A stretch of DNA of 64,000 nt from an uncultured Planctomycetales bacterium (GTDB lineage Bacteria; Omnitrophota; Gorgyraeia; Zapsychrales; Fredricksoniimonadaceae). Shown in pieces: positions 48,638-58,767 of the stretch. The stretch's first letter is position 1. Every line of letters begins with the position of its first letter. The notes under the pieces were generated by a model that was not told where the DNA came from, made no database searches, and saw nothing but the letters and a program-made list of their open reading frames with translations. The DNA lies in the NCBI GenBank assembly GCA_964643325.1, contig CAZXSE010000001.1, positions 84,780-148,779 on the forward strand. Direction: 5' to 3'. The translations under genes were made by a program, and so were the position numbers.

Positions 48638-49606
48638 TCAAAGTTTGATTGCGGCCATCAGCTTTTTGTTGGCCTTGTACCACGCCGCGGTCCGCGCCAC
48701 GCCCTGCGCCAGGCCGACCTTCGGCGACCAGGACAAAAGTTTCTTCGCTGTTTTAATATCCGCCCAGGTCGCCTTCATATCCGTTTTATGGAAAGCATAT
48801 TGCCGGATATTGGCTTTTTTGCCAAGCGCTTTTTCGATCAAATGAATGAGCGCATTGATATCATGCGGGCTGTTGCCGCCGAGATTGACGACCCTGTACC
48901 CGACTTTCTTGAGCGCCTTAACCGTTCCCGCGGCAATATCATCCACATAGGTAAAATCGCGGCTCTGGCTCCCGTCGCCAAAAAGCTCCAGGGGCTTGCC
49001 CTCATCGATCCATTTCATGAAACGGAACACGCTCATGTCCGGCCTGCCCGCCGGGCCGTATACCGTGAAATATCGCAACACGGTCACATCAATGCCGTAA
49101 AGATAATGATACGTGTACGCCATGACCTCGGCCGCTTTCTTGCTCGCCGCATAAGGCGAGATCGGCGTATTGACCGGCAAGCTTTCCTTGAACGGCATCT
49201 TCTGCCCGGCATACAACGACGAGGTTGAGGCCAAAACGAATTTCTTCACGCCATAGGCGCGGCACATTTCCAGAAGATTGAGTGTGCCCATGCCATTGGT
49301 CGTCATATACACCTGCGGATTCTGCATGCTGTAACGCACGCCCGCGCGCGCGGCCAGGTTCATGACCGCGCTGAATTTATGTTTCTTGAAGATCTTTGCC
49401 AGCGACGAAGCACTCTCAATGTCGCATTTATAAAATGTGAAACTCTTGTGTGCTTGCAGTTCTTTCAGGCGCAAGGCCTTCATGCGCACATCGTAATAAT
49501 CATTCATGTTGTCCAGGCCGACAACATGATAGCCCTGCTTCAAAAGAAGTTTTCCCGTGCAGCTGCCGATAAAGCCCGCAACACCGGTCAACAAGATCGT
49601 TCTCAT
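48638..49606 (-). CDS. NAD-dependent nucleotide-sugar epimerase (UDP-glucuronate 4-epimerase-like SDR)
   Basis: It has TGVAGFIGS and the YxxxK motif (YAASKKAAE). The DNMNDYYD pattern is typical of UDP-uronate 4-epimerases. Confidence 0.85.
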   Translation of the reverse strand: MRTILLTGVAGFIGSCTGKLLLKQGYHVVGLDNMNDYYDVRMKALRLKELQAHKSFTFYKCDIESASSLAKIFKKHKFSAVMNLAARAGVRYSMQNPQVYMTTNGMGTLNLLEMCRAYGVKKFVLASTSSLYAGQKMPFKESLPVNTPISPYAASKKAAEVMAYTYHYLYGIDVTVLRYFTVYGPAGRPDMSVFRFMKWIDEGKPLELFGDGSQSRDFTYVDDIAAGTVKALKKVGYRVVNLGGNSPHDINALIHLIEKALGKKANIRQYAFHKTDMKATWADIKTAKKLLSWSPKVGLAQGVARTAAWYKANKKLMAAIKL

Positions 49607-49608
49607 TT

Positions 49609-49718
49609 CCCCTCCCCCTGCCCCCCTCCCACAAGGGGAGGGGGATCTTCATTCGCCCCCTCCAACAAAGGAAGGAGGATATTCTCTATACCCCCGTCCC
49701 ACGCTTCGCGGGGAGGGG
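49609..49718 (-). repeat. Array of three related C-tract/G-tract hairpins, plus a four-run G-tract overlapping the epimerase SD
   Basis: Minus-strand RNA hairpins occupy 49718..49692 (about 11 bp with a nested CGC-GAA-GCG), 49678..49656 (8 bp including 2 G.U pairs) and 49644..49622 (9 bp, CCCCCUCCC/GGGAGGGGG). Then GGGAGGGGGGCAGGGGGAGGGG (49630..49609) ends 2 nt before the ATG. Confidence 0.65.
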
Positions 49719-49725
49719 AAATCAA

Positions 49726-50766
49726 TTACAACTGAATTACTGTCCTAAAAGATCGGACAATATGTTTTGCTTGGGCGTTGGTCAACGACGGGTAGATCGG
49801 CAAAGATACACTATCTTTCATCAACCACTCTGACATCGGAAAACCTTTCAGGCCCAAATATTGATGCAGCGGCTTAAAAAGCGGGCGCTCGCAACACACG
49901 CCATGTTTTTTCATCGCCGCAATGACCTTTGCCGCCCGGCCAGGCACCTGCACCACATACCGGTAATGAACAGAACTGGACCGCGGGTCCTTTGCGGACA
50001 GCATGACCGGCAACCCTTTAAGCTGTGCGTCATAGAACCCGGCCAGGTCCCGCCGGCGCGCGATAAAAGCATCAAGCTGTTTCAGCTGGGCGCGGCCAAG
50101 TGCGGCCTGAATATCCGTCATTTTATAATTGAACCGCACCTGATACGCCGGCTTATGATCGTACGTCAAAAGGTCGCGCACGCGCGCCATGGCCTTGCGG
50201 TCAGCTGATGCCACCATGCCGCCCTCACCGGTCGTCATCATTTTGGTGGCATAAAAAGAAAAAATACTGACCTTGCCCCATGCCCCGACGAACTTTTTAT
50301 TATAACGCGCGCCAACGGCCTGCGCGCAATCTTCAATGACCGGCACGCCAAGTTTTATCAACGCCTTCATGTCCGCCGGCACGCCGAACATATGCGCCGC
50401 AATAATTGCCTTTGTCCGGCGTGTCAATTTTGCCTTCGCGCTCGCAACGGAAATATTACCGTCCTCATTCACATCCGCAAGGACAGCCTTAGCCCTGACG
50501 TAACAAACCGCGTTCAATAAAGCCGTACACACATGCGTCGGAATAATAACCTCATCGCCCGGCCCGACACCCAGCCCCAGGAGCGCCAGATGAAGCGCCG
50601 CTGTCCCCGAAGAAACAGCCGCAGCCTGTTGCAGGCCGAACTTGCGGGCAAATTCTTTTTCAAACGCCGCGACTTGCGGTCCCATGGAAACCTGGCCGCA
50701 GGCAAGCGGCGCAGCAACGGCAGCCATATTCTGATGATCGATCGTAGGACGGGAATGCGGGATCAT
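49726..50766 (-). CDS. DegT/DnrJ/EryC1/StrS-family PLP sugar aminotransferase
   Basis: 346 aa, with the PLP-Lys region FSFYATKMMTTGEGGM. Confidence 0.88.
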   Translation of the reverse strand: MIPHSRPTIDHQNMAAVAAPLACGQVSMGPQVAAFEKEFARKFGLQQAAAVSSGTAALHLALLGLGVGPGDEVIIPTHVCTALLNAVCYVRAKAVLADVNEDGNISVASAKAKLTRRTKAIIAAHMFGVPADMKALIKLGVPVIEDCAQAVGARYNKKFVGAWGKVSIFSFYATKMMTTGEGGMVASADRKAMARVRDLLTYDHKPAYQVRFNYKMTDIQAALGRAQLKQLDAFIARRRDLAGFYDAQLKGLPVMLSAKDPRSSSVHYRYVVQVPGRAAKVIAAMKKHGVCCERPLFKPLHQYLGLKGFPMSEWLMKDSVSLPIYPSLTNAQAKHIVRSFRTVIQL

Positions 50767-51389
50767 CGATCAATAACTTTCAAATAGCGCAATGGTTTGA
50801 AACCTTCCGCGTAACGGACCTTGCCCTGAAAACCCCGGAAATGCGCGACCGCCCGCACGCTCTCGAGCATATCAAGCCCGCTACGCACCGCGCTCGCGCG
50901 GCTGATCTGCGATGAGTGGCATTTGATGACCGCGATCTTCTCCTCAAGGACATCACCGATATCAACAAAGATCTCGGGATTAAAATCCTGGGATGTGTAA
51001 TCCTCGTAGAACAATACCCGCGGGCTGTAGCGCGTGGCCGAGATCGCGGCTTTCGCGAGCGCCCGGTGATCCTGGTGCGAATCATTACCGTAATTAACAT
51101 ACACCTCATCGGGTTTGACCTCGGCGCAAACGCCCTCGATCAACGCGACCATCTCACGATCGACGCTGAATTCCGTGTCCGTGCAGCCGCCCCAAAAGAT
51201 CCGCTTGACGCCGAGCCGCCTGGCCGCCTCTTCCTGTTCCGCGACCCGCAGCGCCGCATCACCACCCTGGCTGCCTTCGCTCATGATCAGATAAAAGACC
51301 TGGTGCCCGGCGCGCACATGGCAGAGCAGCGTTCCGGCGCAGCCAAGCTCGATATCATCCGGATGCGCTCCAATGGCAAGAATGTTCAT
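50763..51389 (-). CDS. PIG-L/LmbE-family N-acetyl-sugar deacetylase
   Basis: The opening MNILAIGAHPDDIELGCAGT is the family signature. HQDH lies further along. Confidence 0.85.
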   Translation of the reverse strand: MNILAIGAHPDDIELGCAGTLLCHVRAGHQVFYLIMSEGSQGGDAALRVAEQEEAARRLGVKRIFWGGCTDTEFSVDREMVALIEGVCAEVKPDEVYVNYGNDSHQDHRALAKAAISATRYSPRVLFYEDYTSQDFNPEIFVDIGDVLEEKIAVIKCHSSQISRASAVRSGLDMLESVRAVAHFRGFQGKVRYAEGFKPLRYLKVIDR

Positions 51390-51401
51390 TCATCCCTCCT
51401 G

Positions 51402-52106
51402 TTATAAAGAAGGTTTTATTATACCACGCAGGATATCCAGCGAACTCCCGCCATGGTTCATCACCAGGTCCACCGCCGACATGTACGGCTGGAACTCAAG
51501 ATAAGGACCGGTCCACACCTGCTGATAAACAGGGTGCTTGTAATCCTGAACCTCGACGGCAAAACCCGCGGCCTCACAAACAGCAAAGTCCATATAATCC
51601 GCGCAACCAGCTCCCGCGATATAAGTATCACAGCCCAGCGTCCGGCATATATCCACGAGCCGCTGTGTTCTTTCTGTTGTTATTGCCAGCGTGCTGGCTG
51701 TGACCAGGCGCGTATCGATGCCAAGGATATTGACGAGCAATTGTATAAAAGCAATGTTCAGCTGCGCAAGCGATGTCCATTCCTGCTGATAAAGCGCTTC
51801 GAACCGCGGCCAGTATTCCTTGAAGAACGGCGCCTTGCTGTAATTATACGCAATGGCATGCCGGTGCTGCGAACGCCAATCTACCGTCGGATTAATACGA
51901 ACCTCGTTGATGGCCTGACCATGATCGTGCAAGACCGGCACGGTCACCCACTGCCAGCCCTGGCAAGTCGCGATGCGGTTGCGGTTCTGCCATTCATTTT
52001 TCTTGAACTGCACATTATCAAGCAGGACGAAAACATCCGCCCGCGCCATTTTATCAAAATAGCCAAGCCACGGAAGATACTGGGGTTGATGGATGGCGCA
52101 TTTCAT
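51402..52106 (-). CDS. WbqC-family protein (function unknown)
   Basis: The opening MKCAIHQPQYLPWLGYFDKMARADVFVLLDNVQF is the characteristic WbqC N-terminus. Confidence 0.8.
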   Translation of the reverse strand: MKCAIHQPQYLPWLGYFDKMARADVFVLLDNVQFKKNEWQNRNRIATCQGWQWVTVPVLHDHGQAINEVRINPTVDWRSQHRHAIAYNYSKAPFFKEYWPRFEALYQQEWTSLAQLNIAFIQLLVNILGIDTRLVTASTLAITTERTQRLVDICRTLGCDTYIAGAGCADYMDFAVCEAAGFAVEVQDYKHPVYQQVWTGPYLEFQPYMSAVDLVMNHGGSSLDILRGIIKPSL

Positions 52107-53260
52107 AGGCCCTGATAAACCTCCTCGATGCGCCGCACCATGCGCGCGATGCTAAAATGATCGCTCACGCGCATCCGCGCGGCCTCAGCCATTTTCCGGC
52201 GCAGTTCGGGCGTCGCGGCCAGGAGGCGGATCGCCTGAGCCCAGGCCGCCTTATCCGCGGCGGCGACCAGAAGGCCTTCCCGTCCGTCAGCAACGATCGC
52301 CGGCAAGCCGCCCGTACGGCTGACAATGACCGGCAGGCCCGTGGCCATGGCCTCAAGCGCCGCGCGGCCCATGCCTTCATTGCGTGATGCCATGACAAAA
52401 ATATCCCCCGCGTTCAGAGCGCGCGCGACATCATTCCTGAAGCCGGCAAAAACCACGCGCCCCTTCAACCCGCGCATGTCCGCCTCGATGGCAAGCGCTT
52501 CCCTTTCAGGCCCTTCGCCGACAAGAAGCAGCCTGACCTGCGGCTGGTCCCTGATAACATCCGCCAGGGCTGCGATGAGCATGGCATTGTTCTTGACCGG
52601 ATCAAGCCGCGCCACGCACACGCAGACGATATCCTCATCATTAAAACCAAACTCCCGGCGCACCTCGCGCCGCGCGATATCCGACGGAGCAAAAGCATCG
52701 ACATCAATGCCGCTCGGGACCGCCACCCACTGCCCGGGGCGCCCCACGCTGCAAGCCAGATGCTCCTCGATGCCTTTTTCCGTCAACGCGATCAGCCGCC
52801 GCGTGATGCGCGCAGAAAAACGCTCCATTCTGATAAAGACGCTGGTAACACCTGGCGAAAAATACCCGTAAAAAATATGGCCATGCGGCGTATGCACGAT
52901 CTTTCGGACACCCGCAAAGAACGCGGCCCAGCGCCCGAGAATGCCGGCCTTGGATGAGTGCGTATGCACGATATCATACCTTCCCCGGCGGATAATACCA
53001 TAAAGCGCCAGAAGCGCTCTCAGGTCGCACCACGGATGCACATCACGGACCAGTTCGGGCACGAACCGGCAGCGGATGCCTTTCGCGCGGATGAACTCCA
53101 GGGCCGCGCCCCGCGGGTCCTGCGTCCTTCCGACGACAAGATCAGCCTCATACTGCCCGGGATCCAGGCGCGCCACGGTCTCCAGCGTGTTGATCGTCGA
53201 TCCGCCGGGATCCAGGCGCGTGATGATATGAAGGACTTTTTGTTTCTTATTTCCGGTCAT
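52103..53260 (-). CDS. GT4-family glycosyltransferase
   Basis: I place the start at MTGNKKQKVLHIITRLDPGGS. The C-terminal motif EGMGRAALEAMATGLPVI is present. The longer ORF-track N-terminus overlaps the upstream gene. Confidence 0.8.
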   Translation of the reverse strand: MTGNKKQKVLHIITRLDPGGSTINTLETVARLDPGQYEADLVVGRTQDPRGAALEFIRAKGIRCRFVPELVRDVHPWCDLRALLALYGIIRRGRYDIVHTHSSKAGILGRWAAFFAGVRKIVHTPHGHIFYGYFSPGVTSVFIRMERFSARITRRLIALTEKGIEEHLACSVGRPGQWVAVPSGIDVDAFAPSDIARREVRREFGFNDEDIVCVCVARLDPVKNNAMLIAALADVIRDQPQVRLLLVGEGPEREALAIEADMRGLKGRVVFAGFRNDVARALNAGDIFVMASRNEGMGRAALEAMATGLPVIVSRTGGLPAIVADGREGLLVAAADKAAWAQAIRLLAATPELRRKMAEAARMRVSDHFSIARMVRRIEEVYQGL

Positions 53261-54410
53261 TCTTGGCCTCTTGAAAGATCGGATCAAGTTCCGGGACCCC
53301 GCGCCGATAATCGAAACGCTCCATGACACGGACATGGCCGCGGCCGCCCATGTCGCGCGCCAATGCCTTGTCTTCCAATAGCCGCATAACAGTCTTCGCT
53401 GTTGCCGACGGATCAAGCGGGTCCACCAAAAAACCGTTGACGCCATCCTCTACCGCATCCGGAACGCCTCCCGAATTGCCTGCCACGACCGGTTTGCCGC
53501 AAGCGCCGGCCTCAAGATACACAATGCCAAAACCCTCCGCGTCGCCGCGCTCCTTGATCCGACGGGAGATCATGACAAAGACCTCACAGGCGGATAGGAG
53601 CGTCCGGCGCACGGTATCATTGCCTGAAATGAACACAACCGACGCCTCGACCCCCAACTGCCGCGCCAGCACGCGCAACCGGTTCTCATAAGGTCCGCGG
53701 CCAAAGATCACATAGACCACATCCGGAGATCTGCGCAAAAGGTCCGGCAGCGCCCTGAGAACAACATCATTGCCCTTGCGCTCGACAAGACGGTTGATGC
53801 TCAGGATGATCCGCCGGCCCGCAAGGCCGTGTTGCCGCAACAGGCCCTCATCGATCCGGGGCTCAAACTCCGACGGATCAAGGCGCGGCAGAGAAACGAT
53901 CATCTTCTCCCGCGCCACACCAAGCTCCAGCAAATGATCGCGCGTAAAATGACTGCTGCAGACTACATGGCGTGCATTAGCCAGGATCCGGTCAAGCCAT
54001 GGCCTGACGAACGGATTATTCTCGTGCTCCATCACGTCCGCGGAATGGATATAAAGCACATAGTCCAGTTCCAGGAGGGCCTTGAGCGTGAGCCCGATAA
54101 AGCCCGTTGAAAGCACATGCGCGCAATGCACCAGCGCCACTGGTTCCCGCCGCAAAAGAGGCTGTACCCACCACAAGGGCAATACGATCTTGACCAGCTT
54201 CTCTAATAAGGGCACAGGAACAAGATAGGGCTTGCGAACGATCGTAAAGGGCTGCGCCTGATCGAACGCCCTCGTGTCACCACGCTCCGGCGCCATGACC
54301 ACGATCTGCTCGGGTGGCAGCGCGCGGCACAACGCGTAGAGGAACGCGGACTGCCCACCCAAAATGGGCGGAAAATCGTTCACGATAAAAAGGTGCTTGC
54401 CTCGTGTCAT
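53247..54410 (-). CDS. GT4-family glycosyltransferase
   Basis: I prefer the start at [15 protein letters not shown], an ATGA overlap with the upstream stop. The motif EGFGIVYLEAGACGKPVV is present. Confidence 0.8.
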   Translation of the reverse strand: MTRGKHLFIVNDFPPILGGQSAFLYALCRALPPEQIVVMAPERGDTRAFDQAQPFTIVRKPYLVPVPLLEKLVKIVLPLWWVQPLLRREPVALVHCAHVLSTGFIGLTLKALLELDYVLYIHSADVMEHENNPFVRPWLDRILANARHVVCSSHFTRDHLLELGVAREKMIVSLPRLDPSEFEPRIDEGLLRQHGLAGRRIILSINRLVERKGNDVVLRALPDLLRRSPDVVYVIFGRGPYENRLRVLARQLGVEASVVFISGNDTVRRTLLSACEVFVMISRRIKERGDAEGFGIVYLEAGACGKPVVAGNSGGVPDAVEDGVNGFLVDPLDPSATAKTVMRLLEDKALARDMGGRGHVRVMERFDYRRGVPELDPIFQEAKNDRK

Positions 54411-55522
54411 CGTCCCGCGCTCCTTAAGCACGCCAGCATCTGCGGCATCACAAGATCATTGGCGAACAACGCGGCCCGCGCCAGACCTTTCGCGACATAA
54501 GAACGCCGCAGCGCATCATCCACCAACAGCGAACGGACGCCGCGCGCGATATCCCGCGGGTCCGCAGCATTGACCATGACCGCGCTATCCCCGACGACTT
54601 CCGGCAGTGACGCGGCATCAGAACAGACAACAGCTGTGCCGCACGCCATGGCTTCCAACGGCGGCAAACCAAAACCTTCATATAAAGAGGGCATCACAAA
54701 AATATCCGCCCCAACATACAACAACCGCCCGACGGATGTGTCGGTCACAGTCCCGGTAAAAACAACACATCCCGCAAAGCCGGCATCCTGGAACTTTTTG
54801 TGCAATGCTTCATAGCCATGTTGTTTCGGGCCCGCCAGGACCAGCGTAATATCGCCGAACTCAACAGCCAGATCAAAGAACGCATCCGCTAGCGCCGTAA
54901 CATTCTTGTGCGGCTTGAAGTTGCCGGTATAAAGGATGTACCTCCCGGGAATGCCAAAGCTTTGCCGGATATTCTTGATCTGTGCCGCATCTGCCATCGG
55001 AGCAAATTCTCGGCCCACGCCCAGAGGGATCACCGTGATCCTCTGTGCCGGCAAGCCATACACCCGCTGAATATCCCGCGACGAGAACTGCGAGCATGTC
55101 AGGACCTTCTCGGCCATGTGCGCGCAGGCGCGGCCAAAGATCGCGTAATATAATTTCCGGAACAGGGAAAGTTTCCGCCGGTATTCCGGGAACTCCAGAT
55201 AAATAAGGTCAAGGACCGACGCCACCTTACGGCACGGCGCCAGGATCGGGATCTTGTAATACGGCGAATAAAAAACATCCACACCTTCCGCCGTGATGCT
55301 CAAGGACAGCTGTATCTGGTCCCACCACCATGTCATTCGCTGCGGCAGTACGCGGTTAACGATCTTCGCCGAAAAAGCGAACGGCAAGGGCTTTGCGCTG
55401 AACACGACACACGTGTCATCGCCAGCGTGCGCATCAAAATAACACAGAAGATCATGCAGGGCCCGCCCAATGCCTGTATGAACTCCATCCTGTATCTCGC
55501 GACCGTCAATGCCAAGCTTCAT
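54407..55522 (-). CDS. GT4-family glycosyltransferase
   Basis: The motif [18 protein letters not shown] is present. It overlaps the upstream stop by 1 nt (TAATG). Confidence 0.8.
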   Translation of the reverse strand: MKLGIDGREIQDGVHTGIGRALHDLLCYFDAHAGDDTCVVFSAKPLPFAFSAKIVNRVLPQRMTWWWDQIQLSLSITAEGVDVFYSPYYKIPILAPCRKVASVLDLIYLEFPEYRRKLSLFRKLYYAIFGRACAHMAEKVLTCSQFSSRDIQRVYGLPAQRITVIPLGVGREFAPMADAAQIKNIRQSFGIPGRYILYTGNFKPHKNVTALADAFFDLAVEFGDITLVLAGPKQHGYEALHKKFQDAGFAGCVVFTGTVTDTSVGRLLYVGADIFVMPSLYEGFGLPPLEAMACGTAVVCSDAASLPEVVGDSAVMVNAADPRDIARGVRSLLVDDALRRSYVAKGLARAALFANDLVMPQMLACLRSAGR

Positions 55523-56649
55523 TAAAGCATTTCCCCGTAGAGCCCCATCGTCTCCTGCGCGTTGCGCCTGACATCAAAAAGTTTCTCAACGCGAGCACGG
55601 GCCGCAGCCCCCATCCGTTCACGTTCTCCATCATTATCCACAAGCGCAACAACCCTGGAAGCAAAAACAGGGTTTTCTCCCGTCGGAACAAGGCTGCCGC
55701 TGTGGCCGTCTTCGATCAGTTCGGGATTGCCTCCGTCACACCACGACACGACCGGCACTCCCATGGCCATGGATTCCAGGATCGCGCGCGAACACGCTTC
55801 TTTTTCCGTCACATGAGCGGTCACATCGAACGCGGCAAGATACGGCCGTACGTCGTTCTGGAATCCGGTGAATGTGACCCGGCTCCCGAGCCCCATCTCC
55901 CACGCGCCGCGCTGCAGGACGGCCATCTGGCCAGCGCCGCCATGATCCCCGCCGACAACAACGAAATGGATGTCCTGCCGGCCGCGGCATATCAAGGATG
56001 CGGTCTCAAGGAAGGTACGGACACCTTTGCGCGCGTTCAGATTGGAAACAAGCCCGACGATCTTTTTACCTTCTAAGCCCAATACCCGCTTGGCCGCTGC
56101 CCTATCTTGCGGCGATGTAAAATACATCAGGTCAACGCCGTTAAGAATGACCCGCACGTTCCCGGGCAAAGCCCCTCTATGCTCGAAGCGTCGGGCAACA
56201 GCCCGTGAATTACAAATGACTGCGTCCGGCACATTCACCAGAAGCCGTGTCACATCCGTCTCACATCCCCAAAGCAGGTTGCGTTCATGCCAAATAACGG
56301 GAATGCCCTTCTGCCGTGCCGCGCGCGCAGCCAGGATATTGTTGCGCGGCGCGTACGAATGGATCAGATCGATCCTGTGCAACGCAAGAAGGCCGGATAA
56401 TATTTTCCCCGCCCGGAACAACGCCGCGATCGTCCATGGCCGCCATGCGGGCACGTCCAGGATATGAGCCCCGACACCGAGGCGCCGCGCCTCGGCGGCG
56501 AACGGCCCTTCGCCGGGCAATGCCAGATGCGGCATGAACCGGCTCCGGTCAAGATGCGCCCACAATTGCAGCAGGCTTCTTTCCCCGCCGCTGATCGCGG
56601 ATGAATTGTGTAAATAAAGAATATTAATCACGCCCAAGAACCTCGTCAT
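55522..56649 (-). CDS. GT4-family glycosyltransferase
   Basis: The motif EACSRAILESMAMGVPVV is present. The start is ambiguous between ATG 56649 and GTG 56631 (VINILYLH). The long ORF-track N-terminus is a shadow of the upstream gene. Confidence 0.75.
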   Translation of the reverse strand: MTRFLGVINILYLHNSSAISGGERSLLQLWAHLDRSRFMPHLALPGEGPFAAEARRLGVGAHILDVPAWRPWTIAALFRAGKILSGLLALHRIDLIHSYAPRNNILAARAARQKGIPVIWHERNLLWGCETDVTRLLVNVPDAVICNSRAVARRFEHRGALPGNVRVILNGVDLMYFTSPQDRAAAKRVLGLEGKKIVGLVSNLNARKGVRTFLETASLICRGRQDIHFVVVGGDHGGAGQMAVLQRGAWEMGLGSRVTFTGFQNDVRPYLAAFDVTAHVTEKEACSRAILESMAMGVPVVSWCDGGNPELIEDGHSGSLVPTGENPVFASRVVALVDNDGERERMGAAARARVEKLFDVRRNAQETMGLYGEML

Positions 56650-57757
56650 AAACCTGTTCAATGCGCCGGACCATGGCCTCGCGCGTGAACCCTGCCGCGC
56701 GTTCCCAGGCCGCACGCGCCAACTGCCCGGCCAGCGCGGGATCATCCAACAATCGCAAAATGGCCCGAGCCATGGCATCCGGATCTTTCGGCGCGTACAA
56801 CAGGCCTTCCTGTCCGTCGCGCACAAGCTCAGGGATCGCGGCGGCATCCGCGGCAACGATCGGGACGCCGCTTGCCATCGCTTCCAAAAGAACGATCCCG
56901 AACGCTTCCCTGACACAGGGCAGCGCGAACACATCCATCACCGACAACAGCTCCGGAACGTCGGCGCGGGTGCCGGTAAAAACAATATTATCATCAACGC
57001 CCAGCTCCCGGGCCAGCGCTTCGCACAAGAGGCGCTCTTCGCCATCGCCGATAGCCAAAAATTGCGCTTGAGGATAAGCTTCCACAACGCGGGCCGCCGC
57101 CCGGATGAACACAGGCATGGATTTGACAGGCGCGAATCGCGCCACGCATCCAATGACCGGAAGATCACCCGGCGACAAGCCCTCCGCGAGACCGAGCGCT
57201 CTTGCGATCGCGCGCTTCCGGTCATCCGTAACGACCTGCGCATAACGCGCCGTATCGATCCCGTTGGGGACCAGCGGGAGTTTTTCCATTGGCATTCCCG
57301 TGGACCGGCGCACATGCGCCCGGACGCACGCGGATACGCATATCGTCCGCGCAATACGCGGCGCCATCAATCTGTATCGCAACGACTGCCAGGCATTCTG
57401 TGGGAACGGAAAGCTGTGCACGTGGGTCACAACCGGTATCCCCGAGGACCATGCCGCCGCGACCGCCAGCAGGTCGCTATCAATAAAATGTGTGTGTACC
57501 AGGTCCGCTTGGTATTCCTTCAGGACATCTGCCAGGCGCCTGACCGAAGCAAAGGACACAATACGCCCGAACTCAAGCTTCGCAACGCGCGCCCCCGCTT
57601 CCCGAAGCGGCGCTGCCAATTCATCGTGCGCGCCCCAGAAAACAACGACCATCTCAAAACGATCCTTGTCCATGGTCCGCGCAATATCCAAAAGTACGCT
57701 CTCAGCCCCTCCCCACGAAGGGATCTGCGGGATCAGATGGACAATGACCTTTTTCAT
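56624..57757 (-). CDS. GT4-family glycosyltransferase
   Basis: It opens MKKVIVHLIPQIPSWGGAE and carries the motif EAFGIVLLEAMASGVPIV. Confidence 0.8.
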   Translation of the reverse strand: MKKVIVHLIPQIPSWGGAESVLLDIARTMDKDRFEMVVVFWGAHDELAAPLREAGARVAKLEFGRIVSFASVRRLADVLKEYQADLVHTHFIDSDLLAVAAAWSSGIPVVTHVHSFPFPQNAWQSLRYRLMAPRIARTICVSACVRAHVRRSTGMPMEKLPLVPNGIDTARYAQVVTDDRKRAIARALGLAEGLSPGDLPVIGCVARFAPVKSMPVFIRAAARVVEAYPQAQFLAIGDGEERLLCEALARELGVDDNIVFTGTRADVPELLSVMDVFALPCVREAFGIVLLEAMASGVPIVAADAAAIPELVRDGQEGLLYAPKDPDAMARAILRLLDDPALAGQLARAAWERAAGFTREAMVRRIEQVYDEVLGRD

Positions 57758-58767
57758 GATGCCGCCTTTACCATGACGCTCTCCAGTAACACCTGCATGC
57801 GCTGCGCATAAGTGTGCTGCGCCAGAACTTCCTGCCGCCCCGCGGCCGCAATACGTTCACGTTCTTCAGGGTGCGCCAGATAATGATCGACCTTGCGCTT
57901 GAGGTCCCCGGCATCCTTAAAGAATACAAGATGTTCGCCATCCTTGAACAGCGCCCGCGCATCCCGCTGGTCGTCGCACAGAACGAACGCCCCGCAGGCC
58001 ATGGCCTCGAACAGTTTCGGGCTCGCCTGATAACACGGGACTTTCCCATCTTGATAATGGACCACCACAACAATCTTTGCCGCGCTATAGGCCTTTGTCC
58101 ACTGCGCATATCCCATGCGGCACGGAAAAACTTTCGTTGCGGGCAATATACCCGGCGGCATCCGCTCCCACAAGGGACCCCAAACCCCAATGTCTTTGTC
58201 CGCAAGCGCGCCAAGCGTGTGCGCGCGATTTGGATAATACGATCCGACAAAAACAATGTCGCGGCCATAACAGCGGCGATCCCCGTCGTCAAGTGCCTGC
58301 GGTGCGTGACAGCGCGGCTCACAGCAAAAAGGCAGCCATGATGGCGCGCATGCCGGAGCCAAAGCCTCGAGAGCCTCGGTGCCGGCGCAAAAGACCCTGT
58401 TATAAAAAGGTGCGGCAAGGGTCACATTCTTAAAATGCAATGGATGCGGAACATCGGTCGTCCATAACACCACGGGAACGCCGCACGTCCGCATGCGATA
58501 TACGGTGGCGGGCAGGACGGCCTGACCCCCGACGACAAGGCACAGGTCAAAGAACCCGTCCCGGCACAGGCGCACCATGCGGGCATTGATCCGGGAAATT
58601 TCCATATCCTCCAACAGAGGCCACCACGCGCGGACGCGCCCCGGCACAAAACGCCGGCGCACATCAACGAATACAACATCGTGCCCGAGCGCGCGCAAGG
58701 CCTCCTCCCGGTACTGATTGGTGTTCGGAAAATAAGGGTTCCTGTTACCGGCCAGCAAGATCTTCAT
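57754..58767 (-). CDS. CgeB-like glycosyltransferase-fold protein (DUF3880 + Glyco_trans_1_2-like)
   Basis: I place the start at MKILLAGNRNPYFPN, an ATGA overlap. The C-terminal SPKLFEAMACGAFVLCD...HPEERERIAAAGRQEVLAQHTY matches the CgeB pattern. Confidence 0.7.
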   Translation of the reverse strand: MKILLAGNRNPYFPNTNQYREEALRALGHDVVFVDVRRRFVPGRVRAWWPLLEDMEISRINARMVRLCRDGFFDLCLVVGGQAVLPATVYRMRTCGVPVVLWTTDVPHPLHFKNVTLAAPFYNRVFCAGTEALEALAPACAPSWLPFCCEPRCHAPQALDDGDRRCYGRDIVFVGSYYPNRAHTLGALADKDIGVWGPLWERMPPGILPATKVFPCRMGYAQWTKAYSAAKIVVVVHYQDGKVPCYQASPKLFEAMACGAFVLCDDQRDARALFKDGEHLVFFKDAGDLKRKVDHYLAHPEERERIAAAGRQEVLAQHTYAQRMQVLLESVMVKAAS

